IMG/VR virus record: IMGVR_UViG_3300022932_000095
Location: 1 to 54,784 of that record
From: a virus
Lineage: Duplodnaviria > Caudoviricetes
DNA length: 54,784 nt
Direction: 5' to 3' (one strand)
Each line of letters starts with the position of its first letter. The stretch's first letter is position 1. Of the stretch, positions 37,773 to 47,681 are shown piece by piece. The position numbers and the translations under genes are program-made. The notes beneath the pieces were generated by a model. That model did no database searches. It was not told where the DNA came from and saw only the letters and a list, made by a program, of their open reading frames with translations.

Positions 37773-39962
37773 ATGAACATATCTATATTCAATTCCCTTC
37801 CAAAAAAGGGAGAGCCACACGTATCGTCTGATAAGATTACTATAACAGAGTTTCTAAACTGCGTCAAATATGGTAAATGGAAAAACAAAGTAGAACAGAT
37901 AAGGGTAGAGCAGGAAAAAACAAAAAGAGATCAATTAAAAAGGGGCCTGCCAAGCGTTACAATATCGGGGACTTTTATCGAAAGAGACCAGGATAAATTA
38001 ATACAGCACAGCGGATTTATATGTATGGATATTGATTACTTCACGGATAAAAGTGAATTATTAAATGATCCTTATACGTATTCCATTTTTAAAAGCGCAT
38101 CAGGGGCCGGGCTTGCTATTCTTGTTAAAGTCAACCCTGAAAAGCATTCAGAATCATTCAAATGGATGCAGAATTACTATTATCAATCTTTTGGTATTAA
38201 GGTGGACAGCGCGCCACAAAATATAGCTAGTTTACGTTTTGCTTCTTATGACCCTAATTTAGTTGTAAACGAAAAATCTAAAATAAGCAGGACTCTTGTT
38301 GATAAACCTAGAAAAATTCATTCTTTACCAATTGTTTTGCCCGGAGATATAGTAGGGGAAATGATCGTTGAATGTGTAAATCTGGGTCATAATATTGCTA
38401 GTGATTATGATAGTTACATGAAATTGGGATTTGCTATTGCTGATGGATTCGGAGAAAATGGACGTGACTGGTTTTTATCATTGTGTTCGGTTTCTGAAAA
38501 GTTTGACAGTAGGCACGCTAACAAGCAATACGATATTTCATTAAAGGGCAATAAAGCAGGTATAACCGTAGGCACTCTTTACTGGATGTTAAAGCAGGTT
38601 GGTATACACGCCCCTCAACAAAGTAACCAGGCTATCCATGTGGCTGCAATGGGTAAGAAATCAGGTAGAAGTCCTGAGGCTGTTAAAAGGCAACTTGTGG
38701 ATATGCAGGGGATAGATGAAAAGAAGGCAGAGGAATTAGTGAATGAGGTTTTTAAAAGGAATGACATTTCTATAAAATCAGCAGCAAGCGACCCTGAACA
38801 ACTCATACAGGCTCTCACTGAATGGATACAACAAAACCACCCTATGAGAGTCAATCAGATAACGAAGATGATTGAAGAAAATGGAAGCGATGTAAATAAA
38901 GCGAGGATAAACTCCATATACTTACGAGCTAGAATGTTTTTCAACACAAAGGATATTACAAAAGATCTTTGTGAGTCATATATTTTTTCTGATTTCATTA
39001 CCAGCTTTAACCCAATAACTGAATATATAGAGAAAAATTTACACCGCAAAAGCAGTGGTAATATATCTATGCTATCTGAATCTATAAGATCAGAAACGCC
39101 AATGAAAGAAGTTTTCATTCGTAAGTGGGTGATTAGTCTGATTGCAGCTTATGATGGTCACCCAGTTAGATCTGTACTGGCATTGGTTGGGGGTCAAAAT
39201 AGCGGTAAAACAGAATGGTTCAGGCGATTATTGCCGAATACTTTAAAAAAATATTACGCTGAATCTAAGCTAGATGCAGGAAAAGACGATGATATATTGA
39301 TGTGTCAAAAGCTGATAGTTATGGATGATGAGATGGGAGGTAAAAGCAAGCAGGACGAAAAGAGATTTAAGGAATTAACATCTAAGGCTGTATTTTCTTT
39401 ACGAGCTCCCTATGGAGCTTACAACGAGGACTTTAAACGACTTGCGGTATTATGTGGCACGTCTAACGATCCAGAGGTAATAAATGACCCTACAGGCAAT
39501 ACCAGGATATTACCTGTAGAGGTATTATCTATTAATCACGAGCTTTTTAATTCAATTGACAAAAATGAGTTATTTATGGAGGCTTACAGGGCATACGAAT
39601 CAGGCGAAGAATGGAAACTTACCAATGAAGAGTTGCTAGACCTTGAATCCGTAGGTCACAATTTTGAAAGCACTTCATCAGAAAGAGAATTGATACTTAA
39701 ATTTTTCAGTCCTGCTACGCCTGGCAAGTTTTCAGAATGGCTAACCACCACCGAAATTAAAGATGTTCTTGAAACAAATACTAAACAAAAAATCATGGGG
39801 ACAAAAAAATTAGGAGCAGAGTTGAGGTCTATTTTTGGTAAAAGTGTAAGTAAAAAAATTGGAGGAATACCTCTTTATAGATATGAGGTAGTACGTTACA
39901 GGTCTTATGAAATTGACCCTAAAACCGCTAAAAACTCTGATAATGAGGATGTTAAGTTTTAG
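37773..39962 (+). CDS. Primase-helicase (BT4734/VirE_N-like, PriCT-2, VapE/VirE ATPase)
   Basis: LPSVTISGTF..HSGFICMDID..KSASG; YMKLGFAI..ITVGTLY; GGQNSGKT, MDDE, LRAPYG, DPTGNTR. Confidence 0.88.
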   Translation: MNISIFNSLPKKGEPHVSSDKITITEFLNCVKYGKWKNKVEQIRVEQEKTKRDQLKRGLPSVTISGTFIERDQDKLIQHSGFICMDIDYFTDKSELLNDPYTYSIFKSASGAGLAILVKVNPEKHSESFKWMQNYYYQSFGIKVDSAPQNIASLRFASYDPNLVVNEKSKISRTLVDKPRKIHSLPIVLPGDIVGEMIVECVNLGHNIASDYDSYMKLGFAIADGFGENGRDWFLSLCSVSEKFDSRHANKQYDISLKGNKAGITVGTLYWMLKQVGIHAPQQSNQAIHVAAMGKKSGRSPEAVKRQLVDMQGIDEKKAEELVNEVFKRNDISIKSAASDPEQLIQALTEWIQQNHPMRVNQITKMIEENGSDVNKARINSIYLRARMFFNTKDITKDLCESYIFSDFITSFNPITEYIEKNLHRKSSGNISMLSESIRSETPMKEVFIRKWVISLIAAYDGHPVRSVLALVGGQNSGKTEWFRRLLPNTLKKYYAESKLDAGKDDDILMCQKLIVMDDEMGGKSKQDEKRFKELTSKAVFSLRAPYGAYNEDFKRLAVLCGTSNDPEVINDPTGNTRILPVEVLSINHELFNSIDKNELFMEAYRAYESGEEWKLTNEELLDLESVGHNFESTSSERELILKFFSPATPGKFSEWLTTTEIKDVLETNTKQKIMGTKKLGAELRSIFGKSVSKKIGGIPLYRYEVVRYRSYEIDPKTAKNSDNEDVKF

Positions 39963-39966
39963 ACAC

Positions 39967-40188
39967 GAGGTAGTAAGTAGTGAGGTAGTATCGATTTTAC
40001 TTGGCGATTCCTTCGTAAAGAATTAAGTTTAATAATTTTCATACAGTACTTACCTATATACTAAACTCTTAATACTTATTCTTACTACCTTACTACTTTT
40101 ATTAAAAAACAATACTAGGACTACTATAAACAACGATTTATGGTAGTATAATTAACCTACTACCTACATACTACCCTTACTACTACTA
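39967..40188. repeat. TACTAC/GTAGTA short-repeat region, candidate replication origin
   Basis: Non-coding; many (C/T)TACTAC(C/T) units in both orientations around an AT-rich core. Confidence 0.65.
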
Positions 40189-40191
40189 AAA

Positions 40192-40536
40192 ATGGAAAAA
40201 AGAGAAAAATCAGAAATTAAAGCTCAAAGTGATGCATTTGTAAACCTTTGGAATAACAGACCAGATTTGAGGGGAAGAATATTTGCAATAAACAACAACA
40301 GCGAAAATGCTATAAAGGGTGCTTTTAATAAAGCTATGGGTGTTTTGCCTGGAGTAAGTGATATGGCGTTTGTAAAAGCGTCAGGATTAATATTGTGGAT
40401 TGAATGGAAGACGTCTACAGGCACACAAAGTGCACATCAAATAGAATGGCAGAAATTGGTGGAGTTACTAGGGCATGAATATGTAGTTGTAAGAAGTGAG
40501 GCAGAGTTTTTAACGCAAATTAAAAATAATGAATAA
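40192..40536 (+). CDS. VRR-NUC family nuclease
   Basis: SE..Q, GVLPGVSDM, IEWKT..G.QS..Q..W, YVVVRS. Confidence 0.88.
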   Translation: MEKREKSEIKAQSDAFVNLWNNRPDLRGRIFAINNNSENAIKGAFNKAMGVLPGVSDMAFVKASGLILWIEWKTSTGTQSAHQIEWQKLVELLGHEYVVVRSEAEFLTQIKNNE

Positions 40537-40750
40537 CATCATAAAAAATAACGGTGAGTATATGGTGACACAATTCACAGGAGATAACGGAACATGGAAT
40601 ATGGTATGCAGCGAATGCATTAGGGACTCTGCGCTAGAATGTAAAGATACATTCAAAAACACTAAAACAGGAGAGAGAATTACAGCCACAAGATTAACAG
40701 TTTTAAAGCAAGCTGAATCTGGACAAATTTACTTTAGCGAATATATTTGA
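40529..40750 (+). CDS. Hypothetical protein
   Basis: Coupled ORF. Confidence 0.55.
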   Translation: MNNIIKNNGEYMVTQFTGDNGTWNMVCSECIRDSALECKDTFKNTKTGERITATRLTVLKQAESGQIYFSEYI

Positions 40751-40951
40751 GTTATGAACCCAAGACACGAAAAACATAAACCTCATTTGGTTAAGCAGTA
40801 TAAGGCACAAATAAACAGAATCGAAAAGTGTGTATATTGGGCTCTAATTTTATTTATAGGATGCACAAATGATCATATGAGCGTCTTAGGAACATTTTTT
40901 TCTAACAGATTCAAAAAATAGTTTGTATATTTGTGGTTGACAATAATTAAC

Positions 40952-41458
40952 ATGACTGAATTACAAAGAAGGTTTGCGGACAGGTATTTTGAGACACTAA
41001 ATGGCTCACAATCAGCTATATATGCAGGGTACTCTGAGGCTACATCTAGGCAAAAAGCATGTGAATTATTAAACGATCCGGAAATAGAGGCATACATATC
41101 TGCTCTAAAGGCAGAATATGCTGAAAAATCAGGGATAAGTAAGATGCGTGTATTAGATGAGTACCGTAAAATTGCATTCTCTGATGTTAGGAATGTTTTA
41201 ACCGTTGATGGTGGACTCAAAAGCATAGATGATATAGACGACGATACGTCCGGTGCAATTGCCTCTATAGAATCATTTGACGAAGTAGACAGATCAGGGG
41301 AGAGGTTGGGTACAAATAGAAAGATAAAATTGCATGATAAATTAAGAGCATTAGAAGCCCTGTCTAAGCACTTGGGATTATTTGAGAAGGATAACGATCA
41401 AAAGAAAAATCAAGCAACAGTAACAATATTTGAGCTGCCTGATAATGGCAGAAAGTAA
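40952..41458 (+). CDS. terS: Terminase small subunit
   Basis: MTELQRRFADRY..NGSQSAIYAGYS..LL..PEI; KIKLHDKLRALEALSKHLG; TATATTTG box at 40926. Confidence 0.92.
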   Translation: MTELQRRFADRYFETLNGSQSAIYAGYSEATSRQKACELLNDPEIEAYISALKAEYAEKSGISKMRVLDEYRKIAFSDVRNVLTVDGGLKSIDDIDDDTSGAIASIESFDEVDRSGERLGTNRKIKLHDKLRALEALSKHLGLFEKDNDQKKNQATVTIFELPDNGRK

Positions 41459-41502
41459 CTGACCGGATGAAGACCGGCAAGTGGGTAAGAGGCCACAAAA
41501 AT

Positions 41503-41529
41503 TAGCTATCTTTGCGGATAGCTTTTTTT
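41503..41529 (+). terminator. Terminator-like hairpin between terS and terL
   Basis: AGCTATC-tttgcg-GATAGCT-TTTTTT ending at the terL ATG. Confidence 0.6.
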
Positions 41530-43041
41530 ATGCAGGAACAAATAAAAAGGATTAGACCCCAAGACGGGTATCAATTAGAGTTTGCATCTTCTTCTGCTGA
41601 TATATGTATTGGGGGTGGGGCAGCCGGAGTAGGGAAAACGTTTTCATTGCTATTGGAGCCTATAAGACATAAAGATGTCGACGGGTTTGGATCTGTGATA
41701 TTCAGAAGAACAAACCCGCAAATAAGAAACGAGGGTGGTCTATGGGACACATCAATGGGACTTTATAATTTATTAGGCGCAACCCCAAGACAAAGCAATT
41801 TAGAGTGGATTTTTGAAAAATCAAAACTTAAATTCTCACACCTAGAGTACGAAAAAAATATATACGACTGGCAGGGGTCTCAGATACCATTCATAGGATT
41901 TGATGAGCTTACCCATTTCACAAAAAAAATGTTTTTTTATTTATTAACCCGTAACAGATCTGTATGCGGTGTAAATCCATACGTTAGAGCGACATGCAAT
42001 CCTGATCCGGATAGTTGGGTAGCAGAGTTCATATCTTGGTGGATTGACCAGGAAACAGGGTATGCAATCCCAGAAAGAAGGGGTAAATTAAGGTATCTTA
42101 TTGTTGATGGTGATAATTATTTATGGGGGGATAGCAAAGCAGAGGTTATAGAAAAAGGATGGCATATTATAGGGGAGGTCGTTGAAAGATCTGGGATCGA
42201 CCCAAACGAATTTGTAAAATCTGTGACATTTATAGGTGGCAGTATTTACGACAATAAAGAGTTGTTAAAAGAAAATCCGGCGTATTTAGGGAACCTGCTA
42301 GCGCAAGACAAAGATGTTCAGGCAGCTCTATTACATTCTAATTGGAAAGTTGTGTTGTCTGATAATGATATATACGATTACCCTTCGTTTTTAGGCATGT
42401 TTAACAACTTATACGAAATAGAAAAAGAAGAACGATATATAACAGCGGATATAGCATTGGAGGGCTCTAATAAGTTTATAATAGGCGGATGGGAAGGAAA
42501 AGAGTTGATAGCAATAAAAGTAATAGATAAATCCAACGGAAAGCAGGTTGTTGACGCAATAACCGGTATGGCAAAAGACATAAAATGTCAGAATAAAAAT
42601 ATATGTTATGACAATGACGGTGTGGGCGGGTTTGTCGAAGGATTCATACCTGGGGCTATACCTTTTCACAATGGAGGTTCCGCTATGCCAGATCCAGAAT
42701 CTGTTAATGATAAAAAAACACCAGAAAGATATGAGCACATAAAGGCTCAATGCTATTATAGATCAGGGAAAGCAGTACAAAGAGGAGAATATAAAGTTTC
42801 AGAAACAGTATATAATTCAATGTATGATGATAAAATGACAATAAGGCAACGTTTCATGCATGAAAGAAAGGCTATAAAAAAAGACAAACTAGATCAGGAC
42901 GGAAAATTATGCTTGATAAAAAAGGGGGCTATGAAAGCTAAGCTAAATGGGGACTCTCCTGATTTAATGGATATGTTTATGATGCGGGAAAGATTTGAAT
43001 TAGAGAAAAAAGCTAAAGAACTATCATTCGGATGGGATTAA
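41530..43041 (+). CDS. terL: Terminase large subunit
   Basis: GGGAAGVGKT, IGFDELTHF, RATCNP, ITADIA, YDNDGVG, SPDLMD. Confidence 0.93.
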   Translation: MQEQIKRIRPQDGYQLEFASSSADICIGGGAAGVGKTFSLLLEPIRHKDVDGFGSVIFRRTNPQIRNEGGLWDTSMGLYNLLGATPRQSNLEWIFEKSKLKFSHLEYEKNIYDWQGSQIPFIGFDELTHFTKKMFFYLLTRNRSVCGVNPYVRATCNPDPDSWVAEFISWWIDQETGYAIPERRGKLRYLIVDGDNYLWGDSKAEVIEKGWHIIGEVVERSGIDPNEFVKSVTFIGGSIYDNKELLKENPAYLGNLLAQDKDVQAALLHSNWKVVLSDNDIYDYPSFLGMFNNLYEIEKEERYITADIALEGSNKFIIGGWEGKELIAIKVIDKSNGKQVVDAITGMAKDIKCQNKNICYDNDGVGGFVEGFIPGAIPFHNGGSAMPDPESVNDKKTPERYEHIKAQCYYRSGKAVQRGEYKVSETVYNSMYDDKMTIRQRFMHERKAIKKDKLDQDGKLCLIKKGAMKAKLNGDSPDLMDMFMMRERFELEKKAKELSFGWD

Positions 43042-43135
43042 TTGTCATAGTAAGGTAATATATAGCCGTATTATTTGCGCCCACAGTTATTATATGTATG
43101 TTTGAATGCCGAATCAAACAAGTCGGTGTAAGTTT

Positions 43136-44805
43136 ATGGAACTAAATAAATTAGGGAAAAAGAGTAAAGGCGTAAAGTATTTTAGCCTGAACGCTCAAAA
43201 CGAATTAGGGTATACCGTTAAATGTTCGAACGCCAGGGTGAGATACACCTTCAACAATATAAATGAAATAGAATGGACGCATCAAGGCGTAAAGGTATAC
43301 ATGAGCTCTAAGCATCATACAATGGAATTCGAGAGTTATGATTTGTCGATGTGGCACAACGTCACTATTGCACCAGCGGAAAAAGTGGCCGTGTATTTAT
43401 TGGATACACATAGAAAGTAAAACTAAAACCCCGTAACGTTTGCTATGGTGTTTTGTCATAATAATGTCATATGGTTAAATATTATTTGTGGGTGCAATAA
43501 ATATTATTACCTTTACATCATCGGCAACGAACAATTAAAAATAACGATTATGAAAACTCAAACAGGAATCATCACTTATAAAAACTACACTGAGAAAGTT
43601 ACAATAGATAATAATTTTGATACTCAAGCATTGTACGATATAATGAAAAACGACCCTGATTTCGTAAGCTTTAAAATTGAGGAGGCATAGAGATGACACG
43701 TAAAGAAATTCAAAAACAAATCAATAAAGCTCAGGACATAAAAAAGTTTTCTGAAAGCCTTATCGAAGAAAAGGCTTTGCCACCGGAAGAAAGGCGCAAA
43801 ATATCGGTATTGGACAAAGAGATAATGAAAGCATGTGAGCAGTATAATTCTATATATGATAAACTCACTAAAGATGCAGCGCGTAACGATTGGACTATAT
43901 TCGATTTCGAAGTAAACGATTATTTCGATTTCGAAACATTTGATTCTGATGTCGCTTACTTAAAAGACTAAATTATGAAAAAGGTATTTAAAGATATACT
44001 TATATGCTTACACCCGTTATTATTAATAGCGTATATAATCATAGTCTTGCATGTATTAAAGCTATACAATTTTTAAATTACACAGCCCCATAATGGTTCG
44101 CCGAATAATCGCCTCGCATAGAAATATGCGAGGATTTGGCGGTGCAAACAAGCCCCTTCGGGGGCATTAAAATATAAGTTATGAAAAATCAAACATCAAT
44201 AGTTCATTTTGAAAATAGTAGAAACGGATTAATTTCGGTAGGTTATGCTCTTGACGGTAACCAGTTTTCAGGGTATTACATTGCAAGATATTTAGGTGGT
44301 AAATTGATCGGTTTCCAGGGCACGACTTCATCTAAAGGCAAGAAACCATTTATGAGGATGCCTAAGCAATTTATAGTTAACAATTAATAATATCATTATG
44401 AAACTCAAAATTACATCACAACCAACCTACGATCTTTTAGTTTCGAGAGGACACGGAGTTCCCAGAACAGATAATAATGACATACAAGACGGTTGGATAG
44501 TTGGTAAAAGATATTTAGTTAAACCAACTAATGAGCGAGAGCCATTAAAAGTACGTTGTACGCAAGATTGCCCTTATCATCTACAGGTAGTACACGAAGA
44601 TTAAAAATAACCTCTAACATGGTTCCGCTGAATACAACCGCCTCGCATATTACTATGCGGGGATTTGGCGGTAAAAAATCTATAGATCATGGAAAAATAT
44701 CATTCAGAAATACAAAACACTTTAGACAACACGATCCTAAGCGTGACAATTACATTCTTAATAGCCGGTATATCCTTGGCAATTTCAATAGCGTTTATTT
44801 TATAA
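43136..44805 (+). other. Moron cluster of small genes between terL and portal (43136-43420, 43550-43690, 43693-43971, 44181-44387, 44398-44604, 44689-44805)
   Basis: Short ATG ORFs with their own promoter-like leaders. Confidence 0.65.
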
Positions 44806-44807
44806 CA

Positions 44808-44966
44808 ATGGAAGAAAAGACTAAAAGACCAGTAGGCGCACCAAAAAAGGCCCCGACGTTTAAACCCTCATTACGTTGCCGTGTGGATACCTGGAGAACA
44901 TTGCAGTCGAAATACCCGAAGCAACTTAATGCTATGTTTAATGCCTGGCTTGAAAGCTTAAAGTAA
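44808..44966 (+). CDS. Small ribbon-helix-helix-like regulator
   Basis: RPVGAPKK followed by strand-helix-helix pattern; start moved to 44808. Confidence 0.5.
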   Translation: MEEKTKRPVGAPKKAPTFKPSLRCRVDTWRTLQSKYPKQLNAMFNAWLESLK

Positions 44967-45066
44967 CATATCTTTTACAATTAAAAATATTTTAAAATAC
45001 CTCTTGATAATACGCGTATTATTATTACCTTTACACCATCAGACACAAACAAACTGATTATGTATT

Positions 45067-45357
45067 ATGAAAACAAGACTTTTTAAAATCGCGCATTCAA
45101 TTAAAGGCCATTATGCTACGTTCTCAGAAGCTTTAACCGCAGCATGGAAAGTAATTAAGCTTATGTTGAAATTAAAGTCTGGAACAGCCTCATTCGCCTT
45201 TAAAAAGGTAGATGGATCAATTAGAAAAGCAATAGGTACGCTGAAAGACGTTCCGGCTTCAAAAGGAGTTAAAGCAACTAACTATGGGCAGTTTATATAC
45301 TTCGATATAGAGGCTAATGATTTCAGATCTGCTAAAGTTGAAAATTTAATATTTTAA
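45067..45357 (+). CDS. DUF2693 / SH3-fold (WYL-like) protein
   Basis: FAFKKVDGSIRKAIGTL..YFDIEANDFRS. Confidence 0.7.
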   Translation: MKTRLFKIAHSIKGHYATFSEALTAAWKVIKLMLKLKSGTASFAFKKVDGSIRKAIGTLKDVPASKGVKATNYGQFIYFDIEANDFRSAKVENLIF

Positions 45358-45379
45358 CACTAAATTGTGGTATTTGAAA

Positions 45380-45457
45380 CCAACGGTGAATCTGTTTTGT
45401 TGCGTGTATCATAACAGAACGGGCATATGATTGGGTTCGAATCCCTAAACGTTGGCA
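45380..45457 (+). ncRNA. tRNA-like structure (acceptor stem plus T-loop, non-canonical body)
   Basis: CCAACG/CGTTGG stem; GGGTTCGAATCCC; internal TCTGTT/AACAGA hairpin. Confidence 0.4.
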
Positions 45458-45589
45458 AAAGCCCTTGTGAAGTACTGGTGTCGTTAATGCTTTCAAAGGG
45501 CAATTATAAACGAGTCGGCATACGGAGAAGTAAGGTGCCCTGTATTAACAGGGCAGTATTATAGTAAAACATGAGAGCGTTTAATTGAG

Positions 45590-45621
45590 ATAGGTGTTGC
45601 TGGATGGCGCACCTATTTTTT
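45590..45621 (+). terminator. Intrinsic terminator before the portal promoter (TACATTTG 45648-45655)
   Basis: ATAGGTG..CACCTAT-TTTTT. Confidence 0.65.
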
Positions 45622-45658
45622 GTTTTGTCTTTGTGTAACAAATCAGTTACATTTGTTT

Positions 45659-47008
45659 ATGAACTTAATAGAATCAATATTCTCATCAGCAATTAGCAAG
45701 CGGGTTAATGAAGTAATTGCAGAAAAACAATCTACCACATTTGCCAATGCTATGACTTCTATTAATATTGGTCTCAATGAATCTTTACCTACTATAAATC
45801 CTGACGCAGCGGACTACTATCAAACATTTAAGACTATTGGGGCTGTTTATGAAGTTACCGATGCGATAACAAAGAAGGTTATATCATGTCCAGTAGTAGC
45901 ATACAAAGTAAAAAACAAAAAGAAGTTACAACAATCAAAAACACTCGAAAAGATAGACCCAGTCCAGTCTTATTTACTGAAATTACAAGCTGTTGAGGAA
46001 GTTGATGTGCCTGGATTGCAAGATATGCTTACTATGGGCAGAGCAAACCCATATCAGACTGGTTCTCAATTTATATGGACAACTGTACTGTCTCTATTGC
46101 TTGGAGGTAATACATACGTCCACCCGTTAAAGGCTGGCAAAAAAGTTAAAGAACTATACTGCTTCCCTAATATGTCTATCGATGCTGATCCTGATGATTT
46201 AATGGATCCAATTAGGGGGTACACGTTATTAACCTCTGATAGAACTAAGTTTGATAAAGACGAAATACAGCACTTTAAAACAGGAACTCCGGCCCCTGTT
46301 GATAGGAGGATGGAATATCTGTATGGAGTATCACCATTAAGGGCTTATTTAGAATCACTAAGATCTATTAAAGAAGGGAAAGAGCAATCCAGTAAACAAG
46401 CTAAGAACGGAGGAGTGTTTGGTGTACTATCTCCACGTGACAAGGAAGACAATCTATCTACTGACTCAAAAAAGCAGTTAAAAGAAAAAATGATTGAAGC
46501 CAGGAGAAGCAATGATGAATTAGCTAGGGTATTCCCGTCGTCTATATCGTTATCTTGGCAGAATATAGGACTTCCAGCATCAGATCTTCAATTGCTGGAG
46601 TTAGTAGGTGCAAGTGAAAAAGACGTATATAGAGCTTATCATTGGCCTTTAAATTTCCATGATCAGTCAGGTAACACCTTTAGCAATCAAGGTATGGCAA
46701 CAAAACAAGCTATATATGATGCTGTGGCTCCTATATGTGACATGTTAGGCGAGTCATTCACCCATATATTAGGCGAAGGATACGGATTTGACTATATAGA
46801 ATGGGACTACACTCAGTTACCAGAGATGGCTGTCGATATGAAGGCTGTAGCAGAATACCTTGGTGCACTACCTAAAGGTGTACTAACATACAACGAAATG
46901 AGGTCTGCAATAAGGTATGGAGAAAAAACAGAAGCCTACATGAATGAGCATTATGTAGACTCCGGTTTAATAACTCTGAAAAGTGCTTATGAAGGATTGA
47001 CTAGTTAA
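45659..47008 (+). CDS. Portal protein (HK97-type)
   Basis: LLLGGNTYV, EIQHFK, LYGVSPLRA, KNGG..GVL, DLQLLE, LTYNEMR. Confidence 0.92.
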   Translation: MNLIESIFSSAISKRVNEVIAEKQSTTFANAMTSINIGLNESLPTINPDAADYYQTFKTIGAVYEVTDAITKKVISCPVVAYKVKNKKKLQQSKTLEKIDPVQSYLLKLQAVEEVDVPGLQDMLTMGRANPYQTGSQFIWTTVLSLLLGGNTYVHPLKAGKKVKELYCFPNMSIDADPDDLMDPIRGYTLLTSDRTKFDKDEIQHFKTGTPAPVDRRMEYLYGVSPLRAYLESLRSIKEGKEQSSKQAKNGGVFGVLSPRDKEDNLSTDSKKQLKEKMIEARRSNDELARVFPSSISLSWQNIGLPASDLQLLELVGASEKDVYRAYHWPLNFHDQSGNTFSNQGMATKQAIYDAVAPICDMLGESFTHILGEGYGFDYIEWDYTQLPEMAVDMKAVAEYLGALPKGVLTYNEMRSAIRYGEKTEAYMNEHYVDSGLITLKSAYEGLTS

Positions 47009-47012
47009 TCGG

Positions 47013-47681
47013 CTACGTCCTGAATTCTATAAACTCCTTACTATTCGCCTGTGACATAAAATAATCATATCCAGACTTTAGATTCTCTTGCATTTCTTCT
47101 TCTGTAAAACTTCGTTGTATTGCATTGTGTTCATCCATTGAGTATATTAATTTATCAGAATCAACAACATCTATAAATGGATGTGGAATAAGTCCTGCAT
47201 TATATATCCTTTGGCTCATTGATGTGTGTTCATATTTGTTATGAAATTTAACATCGAAACCGCCTATCGTATCTATGCAATGTCTTGTGTACATCATTGC
47301 AAATCCGTTACTAATTCTATGATACGATATATTATTTTCAATTCTTATAGACGGATAGAAAGTTCTACATAGGTGCTGTTGTTTAGATTCCAAGTAAGGC
47401 AAGTGCCAATTTTCGCATAAAGGAAATGAATCATCATCAAAAAGCCAAAATATATCACAACCAGATTCGTGCATCAATTTTAAACATGAGTTTTTTGATG
47501 AAGCAATACCTTTACTATACTCATTCCTTAAATCAGGGTCACAATATAGAATGTCACTTCCGTCGTCAACTACGAATATCTTGCTATTAATAGGCTGATG
47601 CATAAAATGATACTCAATACACTTATTAAATGCACTTTCTCTATTCTTAGTTGTTATGGCTATGCCTATATATGGATCCAT
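47013..47681 (-). CDS. Glycosyltransferase, GT-A / GT2-like
   Basis: IAITTKNR, FVVDDGSD, GIASSKN, WLFDDD, IGGFD, YEH. Confidence 0.88.
   Translation of the reverse strand: MDPYIGIAITTKNRESAFNKCIEYHFMHQPINSKIFVVDDGSDILYCDPDLRNEYSKGIASSKNSCLKLMHESGCDIFWLFDDDSFPLCENWHLPYLESKQQHLCRTFYPSIRIENNISYHRISNGFAMMYTRHCIDTIGGFDVKFHNKYEHTSMSQRIYNAGLIPHPFIDVVDSDKLIYSMDEHNAIQRSFTEEEMQENLKSGYDYFMSQANSKEFIEFRT

Noticed and set aside
39967-40188. CRISPR array
   Set aside because: Units are 6-9 bp, irregularly spaced, in both orientations, and there are no cas genes.
41455-41500. Hammerhead ribozyme after terS
   Set aside because: The CUGAnGA and GAAA core is not present in the required arrangement.
44556-44807. 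N-terminal 84 aa of the 136-aa ORF
   Set aside because: TTG start, runs through the structured repeat and overlaps a separate 38-aa ORF. The likely start is ATG 44808.
45380-45457. Canonical tRNA gene
   Set aside because: No recognisable D arm or 7-nt anticodon loop, and the T stem is imperfect. Kept only as tRNA-like.
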